From an uncultured delta proteobacterium (lineage in GTDB: Bacteria; Myxococcota_A; Polyangia; Polyangiales; B10-G4): a stretch of 64,000 bases of DNA. The stretch is taken from positions 384,001 through 448,000 of the forward strand of contig CAVSGI010000006.1 of the NCBI GenBank assembly GCA_963727445.1. The letters run 5' to 3'. Numbering within the stretch: the first letter of the stretch is position 1; each line of letters starts with the position of its first letter. Both the position numbers and the translations under genes were made by a program. Of the stretch, positions 22,505-31,684 are shown one piece after another. Below the pieces are notes generated by a model. That model saw only the letters and a program-made list of their open reading frames with translations, made no database searches and had not been told where the DNA came from.

Positions 22505-22734
22505 ACGGGAACGGGAATGGGAGCCGGAGCGCGAACGGGAACGGGAACGGGAGCGGGAACGTGAGCGTGAGCGTGAAGGGAACGGGAACGGGAACGGGAA
22601 CGTGAGCGTGAGCGTGAGACGGGAACGTGAACGCGAACGGGAATGGGAACGGGAACGGGAACGGGAACGGGAGCTGAGCGGGAACGTGAACGGGAGCGGG
22701 AGCGGGAGCGGGAATGGGAGCGGGAACGGGAGCG
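22505..22734 (+). repeat. Second CG(G/T)GA(A/G) hexamer array, ~38 units, abutting the cheA stop codon
   Basis: Same unit and orientation as 20965-21187. Confidence 0.95.
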
Positions 22735-25384
22735 TCAGCTGTCGGTTTCGCCTCGTCTGGCTAGCTCGCGGCTGATGGCTTTGAGCACTTCCGTGGCGTC
22801 GGCGGGCTTGGTGAGGTAGGCGTCGACGCCTGCGTCGAAGCCGCGGATGCGGTCGATGCGGTCCTCCTTCGAGGTGACCATCACGATGGGGACGTCGCGG
22901 TAGGCCGGCATCGCGCGAAGGCGGCGGGTCAGCTCGTAGCCGTCCATGGTGGGCATCACCACATCGGTGGACACCAGGTCGAATCGCTCGTGGGCGGCGG
23001 CGGCGAGGCCTTCGGCGCCGTTGTGGGCGACCACCACGCGGTAGCCGGCCTCGGTGAGGATCCGGCGCAGCGCTTCGCGCACCGTGTCCGAGTCCTCCAC
23101 CACCAGGATCGCGGGCGCACCCTCTCGTTCGGTGACGGCCGCCTGGGCACCGCGCGAGGGGCCGACCCCGCGGATCGCCATCGCGACCAGGGTGGGAACG
23201 TCGAGGATCAGCACGCAGCGCTCGCCCACCAGCGTCGCCCCCGCCGCCCCCGGCACGCGGGTGAGCAGCGAGCCGAGGGATTTGATCACGATCTCCTGGC
23301 GCCCGATGAAGCCGTCGCAGGCGAGGCCGTAGCGGTGGCCGGCGATGTCCACCAGCACCACCGGCAGCTCTTCGGTCATGCGCCCGCTCGCGCCGCCGGC
23401 GCCGATCACCTCCGCGAGGCGGATCAGCGGGATCTCTTCGCCGCCGTCGTGAAGGAGCTCGCGATCCGTCGTCATGCGAACCCGCGATGGCGGCGCGGCG
23501 ACGGTGCGCTCCACCAGGTCGAGGGGCACGGCGTAGACCTGACCCGAGACGCGGAGGAGCAGGACCTGGACGATGGCCAGAGTGAGGGGGAGGCGGATCT
23601 CGAAGCTGCTCCCGGCGCCGAGCTCCGACTCCACCGCGACCGTACCCTTGAGCCGCCCGATGGTGTCGCGCACCACGTCCATGCCGACGCCGCGACCCGA
23701 GAGATCGCTGACCCGCCCGGCGGTGCTGAAGCCCGGCCGGAAGATCAGGTCGAAGACCTCGTCGTCGGCGAGGCCCTCGGCCTCTGCGCGTGCGAGGAGC
23801 CCGTTCTCGATCGCCTTGGCGCGCACCTTCGCCACGTCGATGCCGCCGCCGTCATCGGCGATGCGGATCACGATCTGGTTGCCGCGATGGGAGGCCGAGA
23901 GCGTCATCGAGCCCTCCGCGCTCTTGCCGCGCGCTTCGCGCACGTCGGGGAGCTCGATCCCGTGGTCGATGGCGTTTCGCACGAGGTGCAGGAGCGGATC
24001 GTCGAGCTGCTCGACGAGCACCTTGTCGAGCTCGGTCTCGCCACCTTCGAGGTCGAGGCGCACCTGCTTGCCGAGCTTGAGCGCGATCTCCCGCACCGTG
24101 CGGTGGTACTTGGACCAGCTGCGACCGATGGGCACCATCCGCAGCTTCATCACCTGATCGCGGAGCTCGCCGGCCACGAAGTCAATCTGCTGGCTCGCCG
24201 CGTCGAGGTCGCCGCTCAGCTGCTCGAAGGCGCGGTGGATCCGGCCGAGCTCGGTGGAGATCCCTTGAGAGCGCACCGCGCTGGTGCGCACCCGCGCGCC
24301 GTTCGGCGGCGCCGCGCCTCCGCGCTTGCGCTCGGTCCGCGCGCTGCGCCTCTGATCGTCGAGCTCGCGCGCCACCGAGCCGAGCCCACCGAGCCCCACC
24401 GTCAGCCGGCCTTTGGCAATCACCAGCTCGCCCACCAGGTTCATCAGGAGGTCGAGCTTCTCGAAGTCGATGCGGAGCGTCTGATGGCGAACGTTGGTCT
24501 TGCGCTCCGCCCCGGCGGTGGGCTTGGGGGCGGGCGCCGCACCCCGCGCCGCGATCGCACCCGCAGACTCGGGCACGCCCGTGAGCTTGGCGAGGGCGGG
24601 GCCGATGTCCACGTCGATGTCGCCCCGCGCTGCCGCCGCGTGCACGATGGCGGTGAGGGCGTCGAGGGAGCCGAGGAGCGCGTCGATCACCGCCTGATCC
24701 GCGCGCCGGCGTCCCTCGCGGACGTGGCCGACCAGAATCCTCGGCCGCGTGGGCGAGGCGGGTCATCCGTTTGAGGCCCACGAAGGCGCTCGACCCTTTG
24801 AGGGTGTGCAGGTCGCGGAAGATCGCGGCGACGAGCTCGCTGTCGTCGGGCGCGCGCTCCAGCTCCACCAGGCGCTCGCTCAGCCCTTCGAGGCGCTCCT
24901 GACACTCCTCGAGGAAGGGGTCGATCATGTCGGCGTCGACGGTGGGCTGCCAGGTGCCGTCGTCCTCGTCGTGCGCGGCGTGGGCGGCGCCGCCGCTCGG
25001 ACCGTGCACTGCCTCGGGCGGCGGGAGCCCGGCGCGAAGCGCCTCGGCTGCCTCGGCAATCCTCTCGGCGTCGAGGCGGGCGCCGCTCTCGTCGGGCCGC
25101 GCGAGGTCGGCGAAGGCGTCGACCAACGCGTCGGCGGCGCTCTCGAGATGCTCGCGGAGCTCGTCGCTGGGCGGCCGTGGGCCGAGCTGCTCGACGCGCG
25201 CTCGGATCGCCCCGGCGAGCGCCGCGACCTCCGGCACCCCCACCACGTGGGCGTCGAGCTCCACCGCGGTGAGCGCTTCGAGGAGCGCGTCGACGTTGCC
25301 ACCCTCGCCGCCGAGGATCTCCCGGATGCGGTTCGCGAGGTCCGTGCCTTCGGCGACGAAGGCGGTGAAGGCATCGCTGTTCAC
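22735..25384 (-). CDS. cheA: Hybrid chemotaxis histidine kinase CheA with C-terminal receiver; +1 frameshift near 24737
   Basis: Hpt IFRDLHTLKGSS, dimer domain KLDLLMNLVGELVI, HLVRNAIDHGIE, DDGGG, GFST, SGRGVGMDVV, CheW domain, receiver ILVVEDS...TDVVMP...YLTKP. Removing one T in GAGGATTCTG joins the two ORFs. Confidence 0.92.
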
Positions 25385-26685
25385 GACGTCTTCTCCGAGT
25401 CGTCGTCGAGCACCGCGGGGGGGACGACGCCGCGGCGACCGAGGAAGCGACGCACGCTCGCGCGCGCGCCGACGATGCGCAGGGGCTCACCCGCTGCAGC
25501 GATGGCCGCGGCGGCGCGGGCGATTACCCGGAACACCTCCTCGTCGGCGAACGCGAGACCGGAGAGGTCGAGGATCGGCGGGCGCTCCGCCGCGACAATC
25601 GGCGAGAGCGCTTCGTGCGCCACGCGCGCGCCTTCGCTGCCCTGGAGGTCACCGGCGAGCCGCGTCATCCTCGGTCGGGGCGGCGTTCGAGGCTCTGGCG
25701 CCTCTTCGGGCGCGGGGGCCTTCCGAGGGAGCGGCGCCGCAATCGGGACGCGCTTTGGCTCGACGCGCTCCGGCGGCGGATGCGAGGAGCGCCGGCGCGG
25801 TGGTCGGGAGGATCGCCGGCGCGGACGTGGCTTCGGCTCGGGCGGCAACACCACGCGGCTCGTGCCGTCGGCGCGCCGGTAGAGGATCCCTTCGCTGGTG
25901 CGCAGGGGCAACAGCTCGCCGTCGCCTTCGTCGAGACGCTCCGAGTAGCCGAGGGCGACGTAGCCGCCGGGGAGCACCGCCCGGCAAAGGCGTCCCACCA
26001 CCTCGCGCTGCGTGCTCTTGCCGAAGTAGATGAGCACGTTGCGGCAGAGCACGAGATCGAAGCCGCGGGGGTAGGGCGTGCTCAACAGATTGCGCTTCTC
26101 GAACTTCACGCGGCTCCTCAGGCGCGGCCTCACCACCACCTCGTCGCCTTCGACCTCGAACGTCTTGTCCGCGCGCTCTTCGGGGACGTTGCGGATCGCC
26201 CCCTTCGGATAACGACCCGCGGCGGCGACGTCGAGGGCGCCCTGGCTGAGGTCGGTCGCCAGGATCTCGAAGTCGATGCGGGGATGCGATTCGAGGAACG
26301 CTTCGAGGAGCATCGCGACGGTGTAGGGCTCCTCGCCGGTGGCACACCCTGCGCTCCAGACCCTTATCGTGCGGATCGGATCGCGCTCGCGCCGCGCGAC
26401 GATCTCGGGCAGCGCCACGCGCTCGATCACCCGCAGCTGGCCCGCGTGCCGATAGAACTGGGTCTCGCCGACGCGCAGCGCCTCCACCAGCAGGCCGAGC
26501 TCCTCTGCGCCCGCTTCGTCCAGCACCCGCTCCACGTAGCGCGACTCGTCGGCGTCTCCCGTCGACGCCAGGCGCGCCTTGACCCGCGCGGCCAGCAGCC
26601 AGCGCTTCTCCGTCGCGATGTGGATCCCCACGGTCTCGGCGATGCGCGCCGACAGGGATCGGAACTCCGCGTCGGAGAGGCCCAT
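25381..26685 (-). CDS. cheR: Chemotaxis methyltransferase CheR with C-terminal STAS-like domain
   Basis: Motifs VGETQFYR, IRVWSAGCATGEEPYT, ATDLS, FDLVLCRNVLIYF and LGYSE; C-terminus ILDLSGLAFAD...LRIVGARASVRRFL. Confidence 0.9.
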   Translation of the reverse strand: MGLSDAEFRSLSARIAETVGIHIATEKRWLLAARVKARLASTGDADESRYVERVLDEAGAEELGLLVEALRVGETQFYRHAGQLRVIERVALPEIVARRERDPIRTIRVWSAGCATGEEPYTVAMLLEAFLESHPRIDFEILATDLSQGALDVAAAGRYPKGAIRNVPEERADKTFEVEGDEVVVRPRLRSRVKFEKRNLLSTPYPRGFDLVLCRNVLIYFGKSTQREVVGRLCRAVLPGGYVALGYSERLDEGDGELLPLRTSEGILYRRADGTSRVVLPPEPKPRPRRRSSRPPRRRSSHPPPERVEPKRVPIAAPLPRKAPAPEEAPEPRTPPRPRMTRLAGDLQGSEGARVAHEALSPIVAAERPPILDLSGLAFADEEVFRVIARAAAAIAAAGEPLRIVGARASVRRFLGRRGVVPPAVLDDDSEKTS

Positions 26686-26698
26686 CACGCGTTCACGC

Positions 26699-28774
26699 TC
26701 AGCTGGTGCTTTCGGTATCCGCGGGTAGCGCGGGCGCGCCGGTTCCGCTCTCCATCGCGCGAATCTTGAATCCCTTGACGCTCTCTTCGAGGTTGAAGGC
26801 GAGCCGGTGCAGGTGCTCACCCTGCGACACCGCCTCTTCGCTCGCCCCGAGGACGTCCTGCGCGATGCGCTGGACGACGTCCATGTTGCGGGCAATCTCG
26901 TCCGACGCGACCGCCTGCTCCTGCACCGCCGCTGCCGTGTCTTCGACCACGCCCACCAGCGTCTGAAGGTCCTTGAGGGTGCTGGTGACGAGACCGGTGC
27001 CGGCCTCGACCTCTTCGGTGCCCGCCTCCATCGCCGAGACCGCCTCCGCGGTCTGCTCCTTGATGGTGGCGATCAGGTCCTCGATGTCCCGCGCCGACTG
27101 GCCCACGCGCTTGGCCAGGCCGCTCACCTCGTCGGCGACGACCGCGAAGCCCCGGCCCTGTTCGCCCGCGTGGGCCGCCTCGATGGCGGCGTTGAGCGCG
27201 AGGAGCGTGGTCTGGTCGCTGATCTGGCGGATGACCTCGACGATGTTGCCGATGCGCTTGCCGCTCTCGCCGAGCTCCTGGATGCGCGTGGCCGCCTCTT
27301 CGACGGTGGCGCGGATCTCGTTCATCCGTCCGATCGCGTCCTGCACCGCCTCGCCGCTCGAGCGCGCGACCCGCGTCGCCTCCATCGCGTTCTCCGCGAC
27401 CTGCTGAATCGAGGCGGAGAGCTCCGTGACCGCGGCCGAGGAGGACTCGGTCTTGCGCGCCTGCTCCTGCGCGCCTTCGAGCATCTGCTTCGATGCCGCG
27501 CTGATCTCGGCGCTCGACGCGCCGACCTGAAAGGCCGAGCTCTGCACGTTCGCCGCGAGGTCGTGGATGTAGCCGAAGACGGCGTTCAGATTCTTGGCGA
27601 GCCGGCCGAGCTCGTCGCGCCCCCCGAGCTCGAGGCGCCGCGTCAGGTCGCCCTGTCCCTGCGCCAGGTCGTCGGTGGCCGAGACGTAGCGGTTGATGCG
27701 CCGGGTGATCAGCCAGGACAAGAGGAGGCCGACGAAGATCGCCGCGGCCAGCACACCGCCGAAGAGCCACTTGGCGTCCTTGAACTGCTCCTCGAACTGG
27801 TTCGCTTTGAAGTCGCGCGTACGCAGGAGATACATCGTCCCCAGCGTCCCGTACTCGCTCCCCGAGTAGCCGTTGACCTCCTGAGACCAGAAGTCGTAGA
27901 CGGCGTCACCGCCGTTCTCTCCCTGCCCGTGGACGACGATCACCGGCACCATCTCCTCCGGCCCTTCGGGTCGCTCCTGATGGTTGGCCGGGTCGAGGGC
28001 TTCGGTGAGGGCGGCCAGCGCGTCGTCCGGGAAGACACTGGCGGAGACGCGCCCATCGTTGGTCACCAGCGCCGGCCGGTGCTGCTTCGACTCGTTGGCG
28101 TCGCTCTGGCCCTGGTAGTCCTGCATGTAGCGCTCGATGCGCTGGCCGAGGATGACGCCGCCCACCACGTCCCCGTCGGCTGTGCGTACCGGCGCCCCCG
28201 AGACTTGATAGACGTTGGGCCCGAGGAGCCAGAGCTCGCTCACCACCGTCATGCCGCCGAGGACATCCGTGAAGATGCGCGACTGGGCCAGATCGGTGCC
28301 CTCGAGATCGGTGTTGCCGAGAACGGTGCCGCGCCGGTCGAAGGCGAAGACCAGATCGGGATCGAGGGTGCGGCGGACGGACGAGACGAAGCGCTCGTAG
28401 GCGGTGGTCCCCGCGGTCTCCCCTTCCTCCTCCGCGACGCGCTCGCCGATGGCGCGAGCCGCGTTCTCCTGGCCACCTTCGACGACGCGCATCACCAGCT
28501 CGACCTCGTCCTCGCGGTTGTGGGTGAGCTCGGCGACCAGCGCGGGCGCCTGCGCGACGAAGGCGGCGTTGGCGGCGAGGGCGCGTCCCAGGCCGCGCCG
28601 ATATTCGTCGAAGCGGTTGTAGTGCTTGCGCATGAACCGCCCGCGGCTCTCGGGCATGTGCGCGTAGTAGCTCTCGACCACGGCGACGACGATCACCCCG
28701 GCGGCGACCAGGAAGGTCACGCCGACGATCTTGGCCTGGAGCGTGCCGAGCCAGCGCCAGATGTATCTAAGCAT
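26699..28774 (-). CDS. Methyl-accepting chemotaxis protein (2 TM, periplasmic Cache-like, HAMP)
   Basis: Signalling tip ISDQTTLLALNAAIEAAHAGEQGRGFAVVADEV; HAMP GDLTRRL...DELGRL. Confidence 0.93.
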   Translation of the reverse strand: MLRYIWRWLGTLQAKIVGVTFLVAAGVIVVAVVESYYAHMPESRGRFMRKHYNRFDEYRRGLGRALAANAAFVAQAPALVAELTHNREDEVELVMRVVEGGQENAARAIGERVAEEEGETAGTTAYERFVSSVRRTLDPDLVFAFDRRGTVLGNTDLEGTDLAQSRIFTDVLGGMTVVSELWLLGPNVYQVSGAPVRTADGDVVGGVILGQRIERYMQDYQGQSDANESKQHRPALVTNDGRVSASVFPDDALAALTEALDPANHQERPEGPEEMVPVIVVHGQGENGGDAVYDFWSQEVNGYSGSEYGTLGTMYLLRTRDFKANQFEEQFKDAKWLFGGVLAAAIFVGLLLSWLITRRINRYVSATDDLAQGQGDLTRRLELGGRDELGRLAKNLNAVFGYIHDLAANVQSSAFQVGASSAEISAASKQMLEGAQEQARKTESSSAAVTELSASIQQVAENAMEATRVARSSGEAVQDAIGRMNEIRATVEEAATRIQELGESGKRIGNIVEVIRQISDQTTLLALNAAIEAAHAGEQGRGFAVVADEVSGLAKRVGQSARDIEDLIATIKEQTAEAVSAMEAGTEEVEAGTGLVTSTLKDLQTLVGVVEDTAAAVQEQAVASDEIARNMDVVQRIAQDVLGASEEAVSQGEHLHRLAFNLEESVKGFKIRAMESGTGAPALPADTESTS

Positions 28775-29243
28775 GGGCCTCCGTGGTGTCGGGCTCGTCG
28801 TCCGAGCGCTCGGTGAAAGGTGCGAGAACGGGAGAAGCGAGGAGCCGCCCCACATCGATCACCCCGATGGGATGATCGGCGTCGGGGATGATCCCCGACA
28901 GCACGGCAGCGATCTCGCTGTCGAAGGTCGAAGGGGTGTCGGCGAGGGAGTCGTCGTCGAGCTCGCGGATCGAGCCGAGGTCGTCGACCAACAGGCCCGC
29001 CGCCCGATCGTCGTCCTCGACAATCACGATGCGGGTGGACTCCTGGATGCGGGTGGGCGGCAGACCCAGGAGCCGTGCGGGATCGAGGATGGCCAGGATC
29101 TCTCCCCGGAGACTGGTGATACCCATCACGCATGCCGGGGTGTGGAAGACCGGGGTCACCGGGCTCACGCCGATGGTCTCCCGAACCTCGTCGATGGGCG
29201 CCGCAAACTCCTGATTCCCCAGATGGAAGCAGACCAGCTGCAT
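28767..29243 (-). CDS. cheW: Chemotaxis coupling protein CheW
   Basis: LVCFHLGNQEFA, VTPVFHTPACVMGITSLRGEILAILD, GLLVD. Confidence 0.92.
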   Translation of the reverse strand: MQLVCFHLGNQEFAAPIDEVRETIGVSPVTPVFHTPACVMGITSLRGEILAILDPARLLGLPPTRIQESTRIVIVEDDDRAAGLLVDDLGSIRELDDDSLADTPSTFDSEIAAVLSGIIPDADHPIGVIDVGRLLASPVLAPFTERSDDEPDTTEAHA

Positions 29244-29273
29244 GGCCGCGGAGGCTATCACGGAAGGCGAAGG

Positions 29274-30605
29274 CTATCTTTGGGCGCGGTCGTAGCCTCG
29301 GTTCTGGGCGACGGTGGCGAGGGCGAAGAGGAGGCAGGCGACGACGCCGACCCAGCCCACGGTCTGGAGCGAGGCCCCGTGGACGGCGGCGGCGAGGCCC
29401 ACGGCGCCCAGGACCTGGGCGCCGGGGGAGACCAGGCCGAGAACCACCGCCCGGGCGGCCCCGCGATCGCCGGGCGGGAAGGCCTCGTAGAAGAGGCTGG
29501 AGAGGGGCGTCTTGATCGCGTGCTTCAGCTCCGAGTCCGCGAAGCGCGCGCCGAGCGCCGCGCCGATGCCGGGCGAAAGGAAGATCGCCACCTGCGCGCC
29601 GAGGGTGGCGACGGCATAGAAGAGGTTGGTCTTGGTGAGGCCGAGCTTTTCGAGGACGCGGCCGAGGAGCCCGAGCTGGATCGCTGCGCTGATGACGTTC
29701 GCCCCGGTGGTGTAGAGCGCGAGGAGGGCGGCGAGCTCGTGCTCCGGGGCCCCTTCGAGGAGCGCCTGCTGCTGGTAGCGGAGCGCGAAGCGCACGAAGA
29801 CCATGGCCGCGGTCGAGAGCGCCAGGGCGAGGAGCAGAGGCGAGGAGAGGAGCATGGCGAGCCCGCGCCTTCGCTCCGGCGGGATGCTCGGCGCGGCGTC
29901 TTCTTCGTCCGGCGGCGGGATGCTGTTCAGACTCGACGCGTTGGACGACTCTTCGCCTTCGGCGCGTTCGTCGTCACCGCTCGTCTCGCCGATTGGTCGC
30001 CCGACCACCGTGACCGAGAGCAGCGCGGCGAAGGTGAAGAGCGCCATCGTCACGTAGAGCCCGACGGGCGCGCCCGCGAAGCTCACCAGCGGTGCGAGGG
30101 CCGCCCCGGCGAGCGCGGCGCCGAGACGCGCGGCGGCGTAGACCGCGGGCGTGCCGCGGAGCGCGTGCGTGCCGCGGAGCTGGTGCAGCAGATAGACGCC
30201 CCAGTGAACCGTCACCAGGCTGGCCAGGACCTCCTGGATGACGTAGGCGGCGAGGGCGCCGAGGTCTCCCTGAGTGATCAGCACACGGCCGGCGAGGGCA
30301 CCTCCGGCCGCGATCAGCAGAAGGACGGAGAGCACCCGCTTCGGCTCGCGCGGCCGCGCGAAGCGCGCGTAGAGGAAGGCGAGGGCGGGGCTGATCAACG
30401 CGCGCGCGAAGAGCACCTCTGGCAGCCGATCGGCGCCGGCCCGGGCGACGAAGACCGCCTGCACCGTCGCGTCTCCCGCCGCGACCGCCCCGCCGACCGT
30501 GGCGTAGACCGCGGCCAGCCGCAGAACCGGGCCGAGCTCCTCTCGCGAAAGGCCGGTGATCTTCGAAAGCAAGGGGCCACCATATGCCGGGAGCGGCGCG
30601 CTCAT
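29274..30605 (-). CDS. MFS-fold membrane protein, Npt/TLC ATP:ADP-antiporter-like
   Basis: About 11-12 hydrophobic helices; FVARAGADRLP and ELKHAIKTPLSSLFYEAFP resemble the bacterial Npt-like family. Confidence 0.6.
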   Translation of the reverse strand: MSAPLPAYGGPLLSKITGLSREELGPVLRLAAVYATVGGAVAAGDATVQAVFVARAGADRLPEVLFARALISPALAFLYARFARPREPKRVLSVLLLIAAGGALAGRVLITQGDLGALAAYVIQEVLASLVTVHWGVYLLHQLRGTHALRGTPAVYAAARLGAALAGAALAPLVSFAGAPVGLYVTMALFTFAALLSVTVVGRPIGETSGDDERAEGEESSNASSLNSIPPPDEEDAAPSIPPERRRGLAMLLSSPLLLALALSTAAMVFVRFALRYQQQALLEGAPEHELAALLALYTTGANVISAAIQLGLLGRVLEKLGLTKTNLFYAVATLGAQVAIFLSPGIGAALGARFADSELKHAIKTPLSSLFYEAFPPGDRGAARAVVLGLVSPGAQVLGAVGLAAAVHGASLQTVGWVGVVACLLFALATVAQNRGYDRAQR

Positions 30606-30691
30606 CCACTGTCGCGTCGGCGCGCAATCCGCGCCCGACGGGCGAGCGACGACCCTTCTGTGTGATTGCACCAGGCACTAAGCTCGCCCCC

Positions 30692-31654
30692 ATGTGGCGC
30701 CGGGCCCTCGCTCCCATCGCATCGCTCCTCGTGCTTTCGTGCGGCGGTCAGCCGGCCTCCTCGCCTCTGTCGATGGATCCGCGGGGCGAAGGAGCGGGTT
30801 TCACCATCCGCATGCATCGGGACGCGGAGGTCGGAGATCGCTACCGCCTGACCGAGCGCTGGGAGCTCGAGCGAACGACGACCATCCGTCGCGGCGACTC
30901 GGTGGCGCTGGAGGAGGAGCAGCATCGGAGCGCCATCCTCGACGCCGACGTGCTGGTGCTGGCGGTGACGCCCGAGGGCAAGGAGCTCGAGCGCCGCTAC
31001 ACCGTGCGGAGCTTTCGTTACCTCTGGAACGGCGTGCCGGGCGCGCCCATCCCGGCGGGCTCCATCATCCGGGTCATCGCGGCCCGGGATGGACGCGGCG
31101 TGATCGAATGGAACGGGGACGAGCCGCTGCCGCCCGATGCCTCGGCGGCGCTGCGGGCCGTGGTGCACACGGTCGTGCGTCCCGGCACCGAGGACGAGAT
31201 GTTCGGGACGGCGGAAGCGCAGCCCATCGGTGGGCGGTGGCGGATCGACAGCGCTCGCGCCTCCTCCGACCTCTCGGCGGTTCCGGGCCTGAGGGTCGCG
31301 CCGGGCGGCGTCAGCGGCGAGTCGGTGTTGGTCGAAGCCACGCAAGAGGCCGGCATCGACTGCTTGAAGATCGAGACGACGATGGAGGCCGAGGTCAGCG
31401 AGATGCCGCCGCCACGTGAGGGGGCGGTGGTCGAGGAGGCGCGCTTCGACGTGCGCATCCGAGGTCTCTACCCCTTGGAGCGCGGACTGCCGCAGATCGC
31501 CGCGATGCGCCGGACGCGCTTCTACGCGCGAGGACGCATCGAGCCGCCGCCTTCGGACGGGGCCGAGCGGGCAGAGGGCGAAGCGCCGCCCGCGACCGAC
31601 ACCTTCGAGATGGAGGCGACGACCACCGCGCGCCGTCGTGTGATCCCTCAGTGA
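30692..31654 (+). CDS. Hypothetical lipoprotein
   Basis: MWRRALAPIASLLVLSC lipobox. Confidence 0.65.
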   Translation: MWRRALAPIASLLVLSCGGQPASSPLSMDPRGEGAGFTIRMHRDAEVGDRYRLTERWELERTTTIRRGDSVALEEEQHRSAILDADVLVLAVTPEGKELERRYTVRSFRYLWNGVPGAPIPAGSIIRVIAARDGRGVIEWNGDEPLPPDASAALRAVVHTVVRPGTEDEMFGTAEAQPIGGRWRIDSARASSDLSAVPGLRVAPGGVSGESVLVEATQEAGIDCLKIETTMEAEVSEMPPPREGAVVEEARFDVRIRGLYPLERGLPQIAAMRRTRFYARGRIEPPPSDGAERAEGEAPPATDTFEMEATTTARRRVIPQ

Positions 31655-31684
31655 AGGGCGCAGCCGCGGCGCGCGAGTGGCAGC

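Noticed and set aside
20309..22775. ORFs with RE/SR/GN dipeptide runs or 17-aa repeats (20309..21211, 20886..21287, 20962..21228, 21468..22409, 22389..22775)
   Set aside because: These are stop-free translations of tandem DNA repeats that overlap better-supported genes
24687..24760. Split cheA (separate Hpt gene) or programmed frameshift
   Set aside because: One extra T breaks the Hpt helix mid-domain with no slippery sequence; similar single-base indels occur throughout the window, so a sequencing error is more likely
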